DNA of 52,535 bases, the filler included, from Bipalium vagum (Eukaryota), in assembly GCA_037834085.1 (NCBI GenBank). It is 3 parts of 3 records of this genome, joined end to end, with 100 filler letters (N's around TTAATTAATTAA, not from the genome) between each part and the next. Parts side by side here need not be neighbours in the genome. Positions count along the whole stretch, not along the records: positions 17,485 to 33,375 come from JBBMKC010139698.1; positions 33,476 to 52,535 come from JBBMKC010012199.1; 1 more part is not named here. The stretch is one strand, 5' to 3'. Below are positions 23,570-35,589 of this stretch, piece after piece. Position 1 is the stretch's first letter. Every line of letters starts with the position of its first letter. The notes beneath the pieces are model-generated. The model was not told where the DNA came from. It made no database searches and was given only the letters and a program-made list of their open reading frames with translations. The translations under genes and the position numbers were made by a program.

Positions 23570-24778
23570 ATGTCGGAAATTTGTCCTAAATGCTCCAAGC
23601 CCGTTTACGCTGCCGAAAAGAAGTTGGCCGCCAACAAAGTCTGGCATAGCATGTGTTTGAAATGCGGTAAGCAAGAGATCGGGAACCGTTGAGCGATTCG
23701 GAACGGATTTATCTTCTTCTCCTTCTGATCCTTGTTCTCTCACTGTTCTACTTCTTGTTTCTTTTCAGGTATGTGCAACAAAATGCTCGACAGCACCACC
23801 GTTGCTGAACATGAAAATCAATTGTTCTGTAAGCAATGTCACGGGCGCAAATACGGCATCAAAGGTTACGGCTTCGGTGGCGGTGCTGGTGCGCTCAATA
23901 TGGACAAGGGAGGACATGTTGGAAATAAGGACGCCGGCCCTGGGTAACAAACGATAAAGATTTTTGTAAAAATTAAATAAAATACCCCGATTTTTTTTTA
24001 CTGAGAATCGATTTTTTTATGCAATAAATCAATTACCGATTTTGTATCGAAAATCGATTATTCAATAAAATGATTCAATTGATCGATTTATTTATAAAAA
24101 ATTTCTATGATCGGCTTTTGATTTTCAACGAACTTTTCTCTCGTAGAAACAAACCGACGACCGCTGGAGTGGGAGGAAAGATCATCGCTCCCGAAGACGG
24201 AGGATGTCCGCGCTGCGGAAAACGCGTCTACGATGCAGAAAAGGCCATCGGATGCCCAGACGGAGTCAGTGAATATTGATTTTTTTTGTTTTTTTCATCG
24301 AAATATTTTTGCCTTGCTTGCTTTTAAACTTGATTGATTGATTGGGTCTCGATTCAGCTGTCCTACCACAAAACGTGCTTTAGCTGCAAGGACTGCAAAA
24401 AGAAGTTGGACTCAACCATTTTGTGCACGAATAAAGAAGAGAAGGACGTCTATTGCAAAAGTAATGACTGAGATTTGGTTTTAATAATAACTTGGTTTTC
24501 GATTTAATAATATTTTTCTCATTTTTCCATTTCAGAAAATCGGTTTTCATAAAATTTATTGATTTCTTTTAATACATGATTTGATTTTGATTTAAATCAA
24601 TTTTTTAAATTTTTATTGATTTAACGAAAATCTTTATTGATTTTTTCTTTTTTAATAATTTTGATTTCCTTTTAGTAAAATATTGATTGATTTGTTTCGC
24701 TTAGCTTGCTATGGAAAGAATTTCGGCCCGAAAGGGTTCGGATTTGGACAGGGATCAGGATGCCTCAACATGGGCTAA
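23570..24778 (+). CDS. CSRP: Cysteine- and glycine-rich protein / muscle LIM protein (two LIM + Gly-rich repeats), 188 aa. Exons 23570-23666, 23769-23943, 24147-24264, 24358-24460, 24705-24778
   Basis: [113 protein letters not shown]. 567 nt, all GT-AG introns in phase, AATAAA at about 24870. Confidence 0.96.
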
Positions 24779-25092
24779 CCGAGACGGAGATGAAGAAAAA
24801 GAGAGATAGAAAATATCTATCGCCACCGTGTCCGATGCCTTTGCTTGACTGTTAAAATACTTGTCTTAGAATAAATAATAATTTATTATTATTATTATTA
24901 TCGTTTATTATGTTTGTTTTCTGCAATTATTTCCCCAAAAAAATAAATCTAATCTTTTACCTTTCTTCTTTTCGGTTTTGGAAATTTTTATCGGGTTTTT
25001 ATTTATTGATTTATGGTTGTGAAGGATTACTGGGTTTTCAATTTAAAAAGTTTCCTAAATTCTTTTTAACATTTTTTGTTTGTTTCTCTCAC

Positions 25093-25530
25093 CTTGACGA
25101 CGACAAGGGTTTGAGTTGTGCAAGGACTATGTTCTATTGGTGATGTTTATTCGTGACCCGGTCTATAAGTGGAGACAGTTTTCACTTTGTTTCTCAAATT
25201 TAAATTTATTTGAATCATGTAAGAATGTTACTTATGAGGAATTCATCGATTTTCTGACATTAAAATCCTTAACTTTGTCAAGATGGGTGATCAGCGATTA
25301 CCTAATCATCCTCAAGTTGAAATCCCTTAACCGGTTTCATAGACCCGATCCTTGGTTTTCAAAAATATCTCACTAACGATAAGTACCTTTGATCAAGAAA
25401 CGGTCGTCCTCAGAGGTTTGGCTTTGCTAAAAGGAAATATTCTGACACGTATTCACAACTTGACTTACCTGGTCGCCTAAATTTAACAGAAACGGTGAAA
25501 TTAATACAATAAAATGAAAAATCCAGGTCT
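25093..25530 (-). pseudogene. Possible decayed multi-exon gene (signal-peptide-like first exon)
   Basis: Minus-strand TWIFHFIVLISPFLLNLGDQ ends at a strong donor cag|gtaagt (25468) followed by a 42-nt intron. Further donors tag|gtaatc (25301) and aag|gtgaga (25092). No ATG, and in-frame stops. Confidence 0.25.
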
Positions 25531-26761
25531 ACACTTTAGACCACCGTTTTCACTAATGTTTTAAAGAACAAAACGAAATACAATGATCGAATTACAGCTG
25601 AATATTCAATAAAGGAATTATTCTCTATCAGTAAAATCGATTAATGAAAATTAATAATAAAGAAAATAGTGTCACAGCACAAGTTAAATGAACCGAATGA
25701 ACTCAATATTTATTTCTTTAGGAAATCGTTAGGAAATCTATAATTTGACTTCATTCTATGATCAATCATTTTTTATAATACCCACAATCACCAATTGGAC
25801 TCTTTTCTATTTCTCTTTGCCCGAGAAAGCTCTATGAACTCCTTATATACCTTCCATTCACTGGTAAGCAGTGAAATCACTAGGGAACCTAATGGTATTA
25901 TATTTAGGACGCTGTACAAGCTGCTTCAGATATCAATAAACAGTTCCCCCAGAACACTTGATTTCAAGTAAGCTCATTCGTATTAATAATAATCCCCTCA
26001 CGTAGAAGAGAAATTAATTAAACAATTCATTTTAAAAGTTTATCATAGTTAATATTGATTTTATTATTTATTATTATTTTATTAATAATAATAATATTAT
26101 TATTATACTTATTAAAATATATTATTTCTTAGTTATAATAAAGTAAATTGGTTTTTATAATGGAGAAAGTAACCTAAATAATCTCATGTTGTCTCCGTCT
26201 ATGTTGATAAAAATTGATATGTACCGGATAATAATTAAAGATTATTTCATCGGAGTATTTTGTAAGCTATGATTTGATTGGTGCAAAAGAAAATGGTTGT
26301 TTCTTAAAATATCAGTTAAAAACGTTTCCGTATCAATATAATTGGAATAAATTCGATATTGTTCCACATATATATTTTACATCTTAATAACCAATAAGTT
26401 AATTGTTTAAATGCATCAATTTATTTAAATTTGTTAGCCATTTTAAAACTGATTTTGCGCGAATTCAAACATGGCCGTAAGATACTGTCGACGCAATAGG
26501 AACTAAATTTTTGAATTTTAAACTATTTGCTCTGAAACAGTCATTATTTTTGCACCCTCTTAATAAATTATCAGTATCCAATCAGATTTCGATATTACTT
26601 TTTTGGTTTTTAACTACCTTCGAAAAAGTTTTTAAAATGTTTTCTCAAAATCACGAAGGTTTTATAAAAATTTCCTTAAATTTCTCTCTCTTTGATCATA
26701 AAAGAAATATCAAAAAGGAATGAGATGAAAAGGAATTTATTTCTCTAATGGTCTCTACGGA

Positions 26762-27387
26762 TTATCTAACTAATTCACACACTTCTTCGATTGGCTTGTG
26801 AGAACTACAAACGATCAATCTTCTTTGGTTGCATGGCAAGGTGTTCCACTTTCCTTTCCAGTCTACGGAAACCTCAACGCACCTCTCTTTCTTATTTGGA
26901 GATCCCGGTTTCGGATTGCCATAGCCCCAATTTCTGAAAATAACATTAGTCCAACAGCTTCCTCTACATTAAATGATGTCATACAAAAATTTAACTGGTT
27001 CCCCATCGCTGTCTCTGTAGTCTCCTGGAGTCTGTATGTCGTTGACGTCAATCCAGAAGTTCCTTAAACCTCTTTTCACTACCGCCGAATACGCAGCAAA
27101 CTGGTCATTCACCAAATTCAATGGTTTTATAACCTTAAGTCAAACTTACGTTCGCTGTGTCATTTGTGATCTTGAGAAGCTTCCATCCTCTCATCTTACA
27201 AAACTTGATAGCCTCGCAGAAAGTACTCTTTCCGCTTTGGATTTCGAGATCCTTCTCTGACCAGCCTGTTTGGGAAAGAGTGACAATGTTAAATTAACAA
27301 TGACAGTGAACTTTTGTTAAAACTACCATTGATCATGGGGACCATCGTCACCACCGCCAATATTGAAAACATAACGATCATTGTCAT
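26762..27387 (-). CDS. Secreted single-domain C-type lectin-like protein, 154 aa. Exons 27387-27327, 27265-27150, 27100-26985, 26933-26762
   Basis: Signal peptide MTMIVMFSILAVVTMVPMING; TFCEAIKFCKMRGWKLLKI; FWIDVND..PGDYRDSDG..NWGYGNPK..ERCVEV..GKWNTLPC..LIVC. GT-AG introns of 61, 49 and 51 nt. 465 nt in frame ending in TAA. Confidence 0.92.
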
Positions 27388-28129
27388 TTTCACATTTCTC
27401 CTAATGTTCTTCTCTCCTTTTATATTGATTCTCTCAGAAGACCAAACACCATCTGGTCTCGGACTTGAAGCAAAAACGTTACTCAAACATTGCAAGGGTT
27501 GTTGACATTGGAGTCGAGAATTAATTAAGTTAAAAGCTTTGGAAAACAAGGACGTTGAAAATCCATTAGTATTATTTATTTTATTTTCATTTTAATATTA
27601 TTGTTATTATTTATTTTTCTTATTACAATCTTTTTTATTTATTTTATTTTTAATATTATTAATAATTTTATTAATAATAATAATATTTATAATTATAATA
27701 ATAATAATAATAATTAATTTTTTTTAATATTAAAATTGACAAAATTAACATTAAAAATTATTTGTAAAAGTTAATACTAAAAAAATGTAAATTTTAAATT
27801 TTATTAACATTATTTAAAAATGATTTGTTCAAATAATAAAATAATTAATTTAATTAATTTTAAAATTAATTTATATTTAATTAACTTTTATGAAAAAAGT
27901 CATTTAATTAAATTTAACCAAATAATTTTTAATTATAATAATTATTTAATTTAATTTATTAATATTTATAACTATAAAAATATATTAATTAATTGTAATA
28001 ATATAATTTATATTATAATAATTAAATTTTATAAATTTTTATTATTATTTATCATTTTATTTCTAAGAATTATTAATCTAAATAAATTGAAGTATCTTAT
28101 GATAAATGTTACAAAAGTACAAATAAAGG

Positions 28130-28520
28130 TCATTATGGTTACCAAGAATCAGATTACATAACCCCAAAAGTTCAAGAGTCCACAGTTCTGTAAGGCAATT
28201 AATGGGACACTGTTGTGAATAGTATATACACTTACTCCATATTTTTCTTGTTGGGCAGGATAAAGGGAAATTAAAGGTTACAAGATTTGAAAGTTTGGAA
28301 GATATGAAAGAGGTTACAACCGCTAAGATTTAAAACTCTCCAATGTCACCATTGAAGACTTTAGTAAATGTTTCTCTAACCCAGTGAAAAGATGGAAAGG
28401 CCGATGGTGATTATTTAAAGGCAAGTCCTAGACCTCCAAGATAAGTGTAAGTAATCCAATAAATATTGGTTATGGTTTGACCTTTTCATTCATTGCCATT
28501 ACTTTTAAGACAGACCACCA
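28130..28520 (+). mobile_element. Mariner C-terminal remnant
   Basis: FFLLGRIKGKLK..RFESLEDMKEVT..EDFSKCF..KRWK..DGDYL matches the mariner C-terminus. TIR-like ccattacttttaagacagacc at the end. Confidence 0.7.
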
Positions 28521-28990
28521 CCTTTGTAACTGAAAGTTTGTTTAGACAGTACGTTCGTGACCATGGGTGAGATGATTCTATTTCTTGAGAGTTTGGCTTT
28601 CTCAGGGTCTCTAATAATTGCAGAAAAAGTTTAGAGAACATTCGTCTAGCGTGTCTCTATAAGTTCTATTTCGTTTGTGATTGTGTCACAATTCCGCCCA
28701 TAATAAATTGTTCTTCAAATTTTATCATTTTTACAAAATTCTTTTGCTTACATTTTTCTAATGATTTCTTCCATTTCACTTTTTAGCAAAATTCTCTAAA
28801 AAAGATCAAGATTTCATAAATTTTAATGATTTGAGGAATTAAATTGAAATTCATAATTACCACTTTTGGAAAAACTTTGAATATTTTCCTTCAGACTTGG
28901 ACAATAAATGTGAATGTCTAAAATTTTATTCGTTTATTATAACCTAAACATAACTTAACCAATCACAAATTTGCAATCTCCAACTGATAA

Positions 28991-29657
28991 ATGTGTTACT
29001 TGTGTTCGTTCTATTGGTTTTCTATTTACAAAAATACTTCTTTTATTATTATTAGTTTAATGTTGGATGCAATTAGGTGGATTGAGCGTGCTTGGTCTAA
29101 TGTCAGTCATAAAACCATTATTAATTGTTTTTCGCACGCGGGCATGGATTATCATACCAAAATGTATGACGAAAAATTAATTGAAAATGTGTCTATGGAG
29201 GAAGAACTAATTAAATTTGGAATATTTTCAAATAGAGTTGAAGTTGATCAGTTTTTGGCTTTGGATAAAGACGTCGCTGTAATGGATACCGGGGAAGTTC
29301 CATGTGAAGAGGATGATGATGAAAATAAAGCTACAACATCAATGGACAGCTATTTGTGGGAAAATATCCAGGTTACAGGGTAAAAAAGCGATGAAATTAA
29401 AATTAAAATTAATGTCTTAAAATTTTTGTCAAACAAAGACTTTTACGGTTCTACCAATATAAAATCGACAATGTCACAGGTAGAGGAACTTGAGGAAAAT
29501 GATATACTACAATCTCGGCCAATTCTGAAGACTTTACTTGACTATTTTCATAAATAAATAGTTTAAAATGTTAATTTTTTTTTGTTTACATCGAAGTATC
29601 GGTTAAATCGGAGTATTTTGGAGTTCCCCACAACTTTGATGTAACCGTTGTGCACTG
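28991..29657 (+). mobile_element. pogo/Tigger 3' remnant
   Basis: MLDAIRWIERAWSNVSHKTIINCFSHAG (DDE_1 C-terminal motif) and ..TLLDYF. Ends in a TIR-like ..gtgcactg followed by TA. Confidence 0.8.
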
Positions 29658-29696
29658 TATATACGTATATTTCGTGATTGGCTTCACGTAGATATA

Positions 29697-31405
29697 CAGT
29701 GGTGGAAAATATTTTTCTGACACTTGTAATTTTTGTGATAAAAGATGAATAAATAAATATTTTTGAAACTTGTTAATATTTATTGTTTCCGCTTGCCAAT
29801 TAGAAACTTGCTATGTCTACATTGTGAAGACTCGCTTAACCAATATATCCAAATTGTGATTTCTTAAATTTTATTAATTATTATTGGAAAAATGTTTTCT
29901 GACAGAGTTATATTCTTGAGTAGTCATTTGAAAATAAGAATTTAAAGTCGAAGCAATGATAATATATTTCATTAAATCAAATTAACCAAACAAACTTTTC
30001 AAACTTGGACCTCACCTTTTATTAAAATTAAATTATTTACTTTTTAAAATTAACCAACATTTATTTAAAATATTTATTTAAAAATTTACCATTAAAATTT
30101 TTACAACTTTAAATTAAAACCATTTAATAATTGTTAATCATGGCGTGAGGTCCTCATTTTAAAAAATTCAAAATAACTTATTGTTCGAATCACTCCTTAT
30201 AGACAGTAAGTAAATTTTTATTTATAATAGTTTTACATAAAAATTTTAGGTATATATTCAAAGGAATTAAGAAATAATGTCATGTATAAACGTTCATTGG
30301 GTGAATCGTACAGACAAATTTCCGTAGATTTGAATATGAAAAAGAATGCAATTATGACTATTATAAAATACAACTTAAAGATTCACAAGCTGAAGTTAGC
30401 ACCAAAAATTAAGATAAAGAAAGCTGATGCTTTAATTATCAGAAGAACTATATCAAAAAAAAACTGATATTCATCACAAGGTTACATGCAACAAAGTATG
30501 GCAGTTAACCAATATAGATATGTGTCCAGGAGAACACTAAATATTTGAATGGTAAAGAATAACATGCGATATCGAAAGGTGGCACAGAAATCATGCTTTC
30601 TAATAAATAAATTGGAAAGAATTCGTTTGGTTTCACAGTGAATTGGACAGAATATTGATTGGAATACTGCGATATTTATGTATGAAAAAAGGTTTAGTCT
30701 TGACGGTCCTGACAACTGGTATTAAATAATTATTGGTATTTTAAAGACGTTTATGATACATAGACATCGTGTGTTAAGAAGTGGGAAACATCTCCGCGTC
30801 AAAAATGTCAAGGTGGAGGGATTATGGTGTGGGGTGTACCCATTATAAATCTCAATCATCATGAAGGCTATTATTATTAATTCAGGATAATTGTCCAATC
30901 CATGTTTCCAAAAAATTTCAATTATTTTCGGAAACACAAACTTTTCAAGTCCTGAATTGGCCAGGAAGATCCCCAGATTTGAATATTATTTTAGACATTG
31001 TGTATGGTGACAACCATACTTAAGTTAGGCATGAATTGGTCAACAGAATAATAATGCTGTTATGAAGATAAATAGCCACAAGCAAATAATTATTACTGAT
31101 TTATATAGCAATTTTAGGAACAGACAACCTAAAGTGTTAATATGTAAAGGAAATGTTATTAATTAGAATTCATCTTATGAAATAAGTTTATGTTTCAATT
31201 AGTGTAAGAAAAAAAAATTCCATTTAAAAATTAGTAAATTTTAAAATGTATACATATTATTTAAACAAATCTTCAAAATATAAATATTTTTAAGTATCTT
31301 ATTAGCATGCAAAATCTATAAATATCAACAACTTTCAAAAGTATATAATATTTTATCTTTAATCACAAAATTGCAAAAGTCAGAAAAAAAATTTCCACCA
31401 CCACT
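29697..31405 (+). mobile_element. Degenerate Tc1/Tc3-like element with long imperfect TIRs
   Basis: Left end TA-cagtggtggaaaatatttttctgac.. matches the reverse complement of the right end. Internal GESYRQIS HTH, IDWNTAIF..EKRFSLDGPDNW and WPGRSPDLNII. Confidence 0.88.
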
Positions 31406-31429
31406 AAATATGATAAAACATAATTATTC

Positions 31430-33290
31430 GTTGCTTTAAAAATAATAATATTATTAATTTCATAATTGATTTTTTCTCAACTAAAACATATGTACATCCA
31501 TCGTTAATTTTTTTCTTAATTCTCCTTGAAATTATCTAATATTATCTTTATAAACTTTAATTGTTTTCAGTAATAATTTAATTTTTCATTGATTTCCAAT
31601 GTGATCTCCAAGAAATGGGATTTAATTTCTCATTTAATATTTAACAGTGTTTAACTGCATAAAGATTATTTCATATTCGGGAGTAAATTTGGTTTACTCC
31701 CGTTTTGTTTAAAAACAATAATTTAATCATAGTAAATATTTAGATTTTTTAAAAATTCAAAAATATTTTCCGAAAAACCTCGCCATGTAAGTCTAAATAG
31801 AAATTGTATTATCAAAATTTAAATTTTAGTAAAATGAATCTATCAATTCCCAAAATTTTAGATCTTTTTGTTATTTTTTCATCCGAAGAATCTGCTATTA
31901 ATTACTTAATTGAAAAGTAGATAATTACAACCCACAACCGTTGTGATTGTAGTTAAATTGTAGCCATAAACCTAAAAAGGAAATCTTATAGGTGCTACAG
32001 TAAAATATGTCAAAAAGAAATTCTTATTTTCCAAAACACTGCTTTGGAAAATTGAAATTTAAAAGCACACGAATTTCTGTTATTATCAATTTCAGCAGAC
32101 AACAATAATAAACATGACTCATCCGAAAAAATAACACATTTTTCGGCCTCCAGATTGGAATTCATATGGAGACGAAAAATAGCAATGATTTGTGGAATAA
32201 CTTCATATCACTGCTGTAATTATATTTTGTAATATATCAATAAAATTTCCTTACTTATTGATATTTTTTTCAATATTTCAGAATAATACAATCATAAATT
32301 TGGCCCTAAAGAGGACGATAAACTTTCATATCTGAAATATTTTAAATATCTAAAACATAATTAAATAAAATTAAATACTTATATCTAAAATGACCTTCAG
32401 TTTGAACCATATAAACAAAACGGGTACAAACCGAGTTTCAACCCATATTTGGTCTTTTTCTATTTAAAAAGATTTATATTTTTGTAAATTCTTTTTTTAT
32501 ATTGATTTATCATTTTCAGGATTTTTATTTCAATCGATTTATTTAATTTAAAATATTTTCAGGATATTTTTTAACTTCTTTTACAATTTTTTAATTTATA
32601 ACATCATTTTCTGGATCTTTTATATTTAAGATGGAAATCATATTATTCATATTTAAAATTTCTTCATTGAAATTCTTCATTTCATTGAATCACCATTGAA
32701 TTTATTTTTATTTTCGTTTCTAATAAAACTTACTTCCTTTATTTCATTTCTTCATGATTCTAAACTTAAAATATCTAAGTTTTTTCTTTTCTGTATTTCA
32801 TTGGTGGTTAAAAATACACTTACTTCAATATTTATCTTTACGATTATATTGTATGTATCTTCAGAAATTGATCTTTAGGACGGTCTCATATGGTCCTTCA
32901 TTTTCTTTCATTTTCACTTTTTCTACTTCGGGAAATGATCTCTATGTATTATCTTTTATTTTTGAAATCTGTTTTTCAGCTGCCTTTTGAATTCTATCTC
33001 TGTCGATATTTTTACTAAACACCATTTCAGCCGAACTTAATCCAATGGTTTTCTATAGCGCAGAATTGAGAGCAAATTCTACTCCCGGCATGATCTCGGC
33101 CCAGTCGCTTGTGTCTCTTTCGCTTAAAGTTGCGTTCAACTAATCGCACACGGTTCTGAATTGTCTTTCTATTTGGCTTTTTGTGTTGTGATGGTATGGA
33201 CTCGAAAAACAGAGATTGGCATTAACTCTCTATGCAAAATCCTTCATGCTATTAAGTTTTGAGGTTGTGTACTACTTATCTTGACCTGAC
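31430..33290 (-). mobile_element. Gypsy-type LTR retrotransposon remnant (integrase core at ~33000-33260 and downstream region)
   Basis: Minus strand FSSPYHHNTKSQIERQFRTV..DWAEIMPGVEFALNS..KTIGLSSAEMVF, then EGPY (GPY/F motif). Extent downstream of GPY is approximate. Confidence 0.8.
31680..32443 (+). mobile_element. Second internally deleted Merlin element, nested in the Gypsy remnant
   Basis: Imperfect TIRs sharing cccgttttgttta. 8-bp TSD catattcg / catatttg (one mismatch). Encodes SSEESAINYLIEK..RCDCS..YRCYSKICQKEILIFQNT (ISXO2 N-terminal Zn ribbon). Confidence 0.8.
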
Positions 33291-33375
33291 TCCTAAGTTA
33301 GTGTACTGATCACAAACAAGGCAAACAAAACAATTTTTAAAACTTTTATTTCTATTAAAATTTTTTACAAATTAT

Positions 33376-33475
33376 NNNNNNNNNNNNNNNNNNNNNNNNN
33401 NNNNNNNNNNNNNNNNNNNTTAATTAATTAANNNNNNNNNNNNNNNNNNNNNNNNNNNNNNNNNNNNNNNNNNNN
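33376..33475. other. Assembly spacer N44-TTAATTAATTAA-N44 (artificial contig join)
   Basis: Identical to 17385-17484. Confidence 0.95.
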
Positions 33476-33477
33476 CT

Positions 33478-34693
33478 TTTGAAAAATTTTGCGGCTATTT
33501 TAAAAATAAAAGCCATCGAAACCTGTTGGAATCTTCTGACCAGTTTAGAAATAAGATCGTAAAAGAATTTATGAGTGTTAGCTTCGAGTCTTATTCCGAA
33601 GACCATTCAACAGAAGTGTCAGAACAGTGTGAGACACTGAAAAGAAAGTTTGAAAATGATAATGATTTAATTAAAAAATATTTTAAAGGTGAAATTGTTT
33701 TTCTAAAATCACTGGAAAAAAAGAATTCTCTTTTAAGTCTTTACAACATTATTAAAGTGCTGAATAATTACTACCTTTCGTTTAATGATTTTATCTTTCA
33801 ATGTGTGTCAGATAATAAACATTTAACAACAATACATTCATTGATCACTTTCGCCGACTTAAATTGTATGTACAATAAATTGAGCGACCACTTTTTAAAA
33901 AAAGGTGCCATAAATAATTATATTAAGCAGGCAAGGTCAACTATTTTAAAAAGGTTTGTCAATGAAATGAATGTAAATGTGACGAGTTTATTTAAAAAAA
34001 AACACTGCAAAAAAAGAACAAAAACCAACCAGAACCCTGTGACCACAATTATTGTAGCAGTTGTGACAGAATGTTTGAGTTGTCGACTATGGTTTGTCCA
34101 TTTCACAGAGACAGCAAGAGTATCTCAGGTCAAAATAATATTCACAAAATTGCCAGAAATGTCCAACTATCCTATCAAATAGTTATCAAAAAGATGTTAA
34201 AATTGCAAATGGAAAATGTTCGTTTCATCAAAAGACACTTGTCGACCATAATGCTAAAACCCAAGAATGGATCACGCTATTCAAATTTCAAAAAAAACTA
34301 TTATTAATTTAAAAAAAATATTCCGAAATCGAGCAAGAAACAGAAATCAATTCGTCGCTACACTTTGACCATGATAAAGATTTAAGTGTCAAATATCTAA
34401 GAATGTTTTCGATATATGATGTACTAATTTCGAAAATTCAAAAAGATTTACTCGATAATACTTATTTGTATTTTCAAAAGGTGAGGGTTTTGGAAAACAT
34501 CATAAATACAACTGATAAGATATCAAATATTGATTTGCAAAGTTATGAAAGCCTTAAAAAAGAGGTAAGGGACGGTTGGAGATTGAAGAAAATTAGTCTG
34601 CTTGATATAAGAAAGGAAATGTCACAAATCACGAAAGATAATATAATATCTGAGTATTTAAATTTTTTCATGAATTTTGAATATGAAGAATAA
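33478..34693 (+). pseudogene. Unidentified long intronless ORF broken by frameshifts/stop, with two HxxCxxC...CxFH motifs
   Basis: The frame is open from the gap to about 34000. A shift at the A9 run gives CDHNYCSSCDRMFELSTMVCPFH. A second shift gives NCQKCPT..GKCSFH, continuing past one stop into the 34403-34693 ORF. Confidence 0.5.
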
Positions 34694-35589
34694 AACTTTC
34701 TGCCTTACGACTTCTTTTAACCCAATTATTATTTTAAATCTTTTAAAAAAATTTTTCTCATTTTCTAAAAATATTATATAAAGTTACATATTATTACATA
34801 TTACATAAATATTATATAATACGGTGTCGGATTACTAGGAAACTAAATATAAAAACAAACAATCCCAAACAGAACGGAGAAAGAAGTAAAGTCAAAGGCA
34901 CGAAGCAGTATCTTACTTTTGTTAAAGACAATCTATTGGAAATATTTAATTCGTATATCAAATTTTAACTTCGATTTGTTTTTGTTCACTAATTTCTTCA
35001 GTTAAAATAGAAGTATTTTTCTTAACGTTTTCTTTGTTTGTTTGTTTGTTTTTTTTCGTTTTGTATACCAAAAGTATTAGAGACTCCGTCTTGTAAAATT
35101 TTTGTTTCTTGTTTGGATTTATTAACTGCATCAGTAACAGGTTTTTGAAAAATTGTTAAATCTTGTTGTAATCCTCTTTCTTCTTTCCATTGATTTAATT
35201 GATTAGTTTCAAATTTATTTTTTATCACAATTAATTTTTTTAATTGTTCAATTCTTTTTTAAGGTCGATTGAATTTTGATTTTCATCCATTTTTTAAAAA
35301 AATATTTTGACAGAAAATAAATATATTGTTTTATACAAAACTTAGTATTTCCAAGGAGAAATAAATATTCAATTTCCAAAAAATCATCAATATATTGAAG
35401 AGAGTCGAATTCTATTTTTTAATATTGGATTTTCTTATATATATAAAATTTTACCTAATTCAAAAACTTTACTATTATATAAATCACTTATTTTTTAAAA
35501 AATAAAAATAATTATTTTTTATAAACTGTTAACTTTTTTTAGATTAGTTTAGTTTTATTTTTAACATTTTCAATAATATTTTTTGATTT

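Noticed and set aside
23095-23950. ORFs 23095-23391(-), 23472-23660(+), 23534-23743(-) and 23765-23950(-)
   Set aside because: Promoter-region or off-frame shadows of CSRP, with no recognisable domains.
26798-27549. Plus-strand ORFs 26798-27067, 27036-27260, 27314-27505 and minus ORF 26863-27051
   Set aside because: Antisense or out-of-frame shadows of the spliced C-type lectin gene.
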